Program-made: the position numbers and the translations under genes
In this document: positions 62,735-64,000 of the stretch, piece by piece
Layout: every line of letters begins with the position of its first letter
How positions within the stretch are numbered: position 1 is the stretch's first letter
Notes under the pieces: model-generated
Databases searched by the model: none
Seen by the model: the letters and a program-made list of their open reading frames with translations, nothing else
What the model was told of the DNA's origin: nothing
From: an uncultured delta proteobacterium
GTDB taxonomy: Bacteria > Desulfobacterota > Desulfuromonadia > Desulfuromonadales > BM103
Reading direction: 5' to 3'
NCBI GenBank assembly: GCA_963715335.1
Contig: CAVQRZ010000002.1
Span: 17,458-81,457, forward strand
Length of the DNA stretch: 64,000 nucleotides

Positions 62735-63804
62735 CCAGATCGTTGACAAACCCCGCACCTGATGCGGGGTTTGCTTTTTTCCCCTGGCAAGGGGAGTTTC
62801 TGTGAAGCCTAGGGCAACAGATGGTTCATCTGTTGCCCTTTTCCTTTTCTTGAAATGCTTAAAAGCAAAACCGGCGGGTCGCGTCCCGCCCGACGCCATA
62901 CTTTTGTCCGGCAACAAAAGTATGCAAAAGTGCCTTCTCCTTGCGGAGGGCATCTCCTCTGCCGGATTTCTGTGACTTCAAGAACCTGCTGTGATGGGGA
63001 TCCGGCCCTGTGTCAAAGGGCCTGACCTTTCCGTGTGATTTACAAGGGAAAAGCCAAAACAACCCCTACCGACGCAAGCCTCCACAGAAAGGAGAGGCTC
63101 TCAAGAGCCTCGGCTCCTGCGGGGGAAGCGTAGGCTTTTGATCGGTTAGAACTATCCGGATTGAGGTTGCCGCCGTGACGAGCCAGACATGCCCAGCGCA
63201 GCGCAGGCCCTTTTCTGCTTACTCTTTTGGGCCAGCAAAAGAGTAAGGCGCAGTCGGGGGGCGCAACCCCCGGGTTTTGCTTTTTGCTTTGGTTTATGAT
63301 CCGTTGAAATTTGAGAACGTAAAGATAAGCAGGACCGGCGGGTCGCGTCCCGCCCGACGCCATACTTTTGTCCGGCAACAAAAGTATGCAAAAGTGCCTT
63401 CTCCTTGCGGAGGGCATCTCCTCTGCCGGATTTCTGTGACTTCAAGAACCTGCTGTAATGGGGATCCGGCCCTGTGTCAAAGGGCCTGACCTTTCCGTGT
63501 GATTTACCAGGGAAAAGCCAAAACAACCTCTACCGACGCAAATCTCCACGAAAGGAGAGGCTCTCAAGAGCCTCGGCTCCTGCGGGGGAAGCGTAGGCTC
63601 TTGATCGTTTAGAACGTCCTGAATTGAGGTTGCCGCCCTGCCGAGCCAGACATGCCCAGCGCAGCGCAGGCCCTTTTCTGCTTACTCTTTTGGGCCAGCA
63701 AAAGAGTAAGGCGCAGTCGGGGGGCGCGACCCCCGGGTTTTGCTTTTGTCTTTGATTTCCAGAAAACAACAGCAAAGGGCAACAGATGAACCATCTGTTG
63801 CCCT
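62735..63804. repeat. composite intergenic repeat, locus 2: terminator hairpin (62747-62780), REP-like palindrome (62811-62839), core (62871-63274), linker, core (63335-63737), inverted REP-like palindrome (63776-63804)
   Basis: Two tandem ~403-bp cores closely similar to each other and to 32070-32458. The flanking 29-mers are exact reverse complements. Confidence 0.92.
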
Positions 63805-63843
63805 GCTAAACATCAATGCTGAACTTTGTCAGCAAGCTGAACC

Positions 63844-64000
63844 CTATTTAGTCGCCGGCTGAGCAGCAATCTCCTGTTCAGAGGTATCAGTGGCCGTTCC
63901 CGTCCCTCTGTCCGCAACGTCGATCCAACCTCCGCCCATGGCCCGGTAGACATCAACCAGGCTGGTCAACACGGCAGTCTGGGTTTCAACGTAATCAAGT
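63844..64000 (-). CDS. 3' end of an OprM/NodT-family efflux outer-membrane protein (runs off the window)
   Basis: Minus strand reads LDYVETQTAVLTSLVDVYRAMGGGW...K*, the C-terminal LY(K/R)ALGGGW signature. Confidence 0.8.
   Translation of the reverse strand, partial: LDYVETQTAVLTSLVDVYRAMGGGWIDVADRGTGTATDTSEQEIAAQPATK

Noticed and set aside
62720..63794. Predicted ORFs over the repeats (62720-62953, 62859-63062, 63040-63417, 63152-63526, 63530-63775, 63609-63794; also 31823-32152, 32177-32515, 32265-32549)
   Set aside because: Frames and stops differ between near-identical copies, and there is no RBS or recognisable domain. They are translations of a non-coding repeat.
62811..63804. CRISPR array interpretation of the 29-bp palindrome
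   Set aside because: Only two copies per locus, inverted relative to each other and hundreds of bp apart; no cas genes.

Overview
Bacterial chromosomal window, most likely Desulfuromonadia/Desulfuromonadales (inferred from a GSU3473-family gene, DUF1858 genes, a REC-PilZ gene and the pyrR-pyrB-pyrC-carA-carB-greA order). 1-11.3 kb is the end of a surface-glycan locus: an oxidoreductase, a NeuB-SAF-cupin fusion, a HAD phosphatase, a CMP-transferase, two methyltransferases, a putative nonulosonate transferase, an unusual PLD(x2)-GT4 fusion and an ABC flippase. 11.4-31.8 kb is mostly housekeeping: recG, greA, a pyr/car operon with a PyrR attenuator, lepAB, an acyl-CoA synthetase, dgt and rsmD-coaD. 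After that come a Prc-type protease, an FKBP PPIase, an AddAB-like pair, a CusCBA-type efflux operon, exeAB, glgP, tesA/ybbAP, a small cytochrome c, a rhodanese, an EamA transporter, a 51-aa zinc-ribbon ORF and a polar amino-acid ABC transporter. Many genes carry single-base frameshifts, mostly in the first 13 kb; these are probably sequencing or assembly indels. The most striking unexplained feature is a non-coding composite repeat at two loci (31.9-32.5 kb and 62.7-63.8 kb). It consists of a shared terminator-like hairpin, a 29-bp REP-like palindrome, one or two tandem ~400-bp hairpin-rich cores with imperfect inverted ends, and the reverse-complement REP. No rRNA, tRNA, CRISPR array or transposase was recognised.
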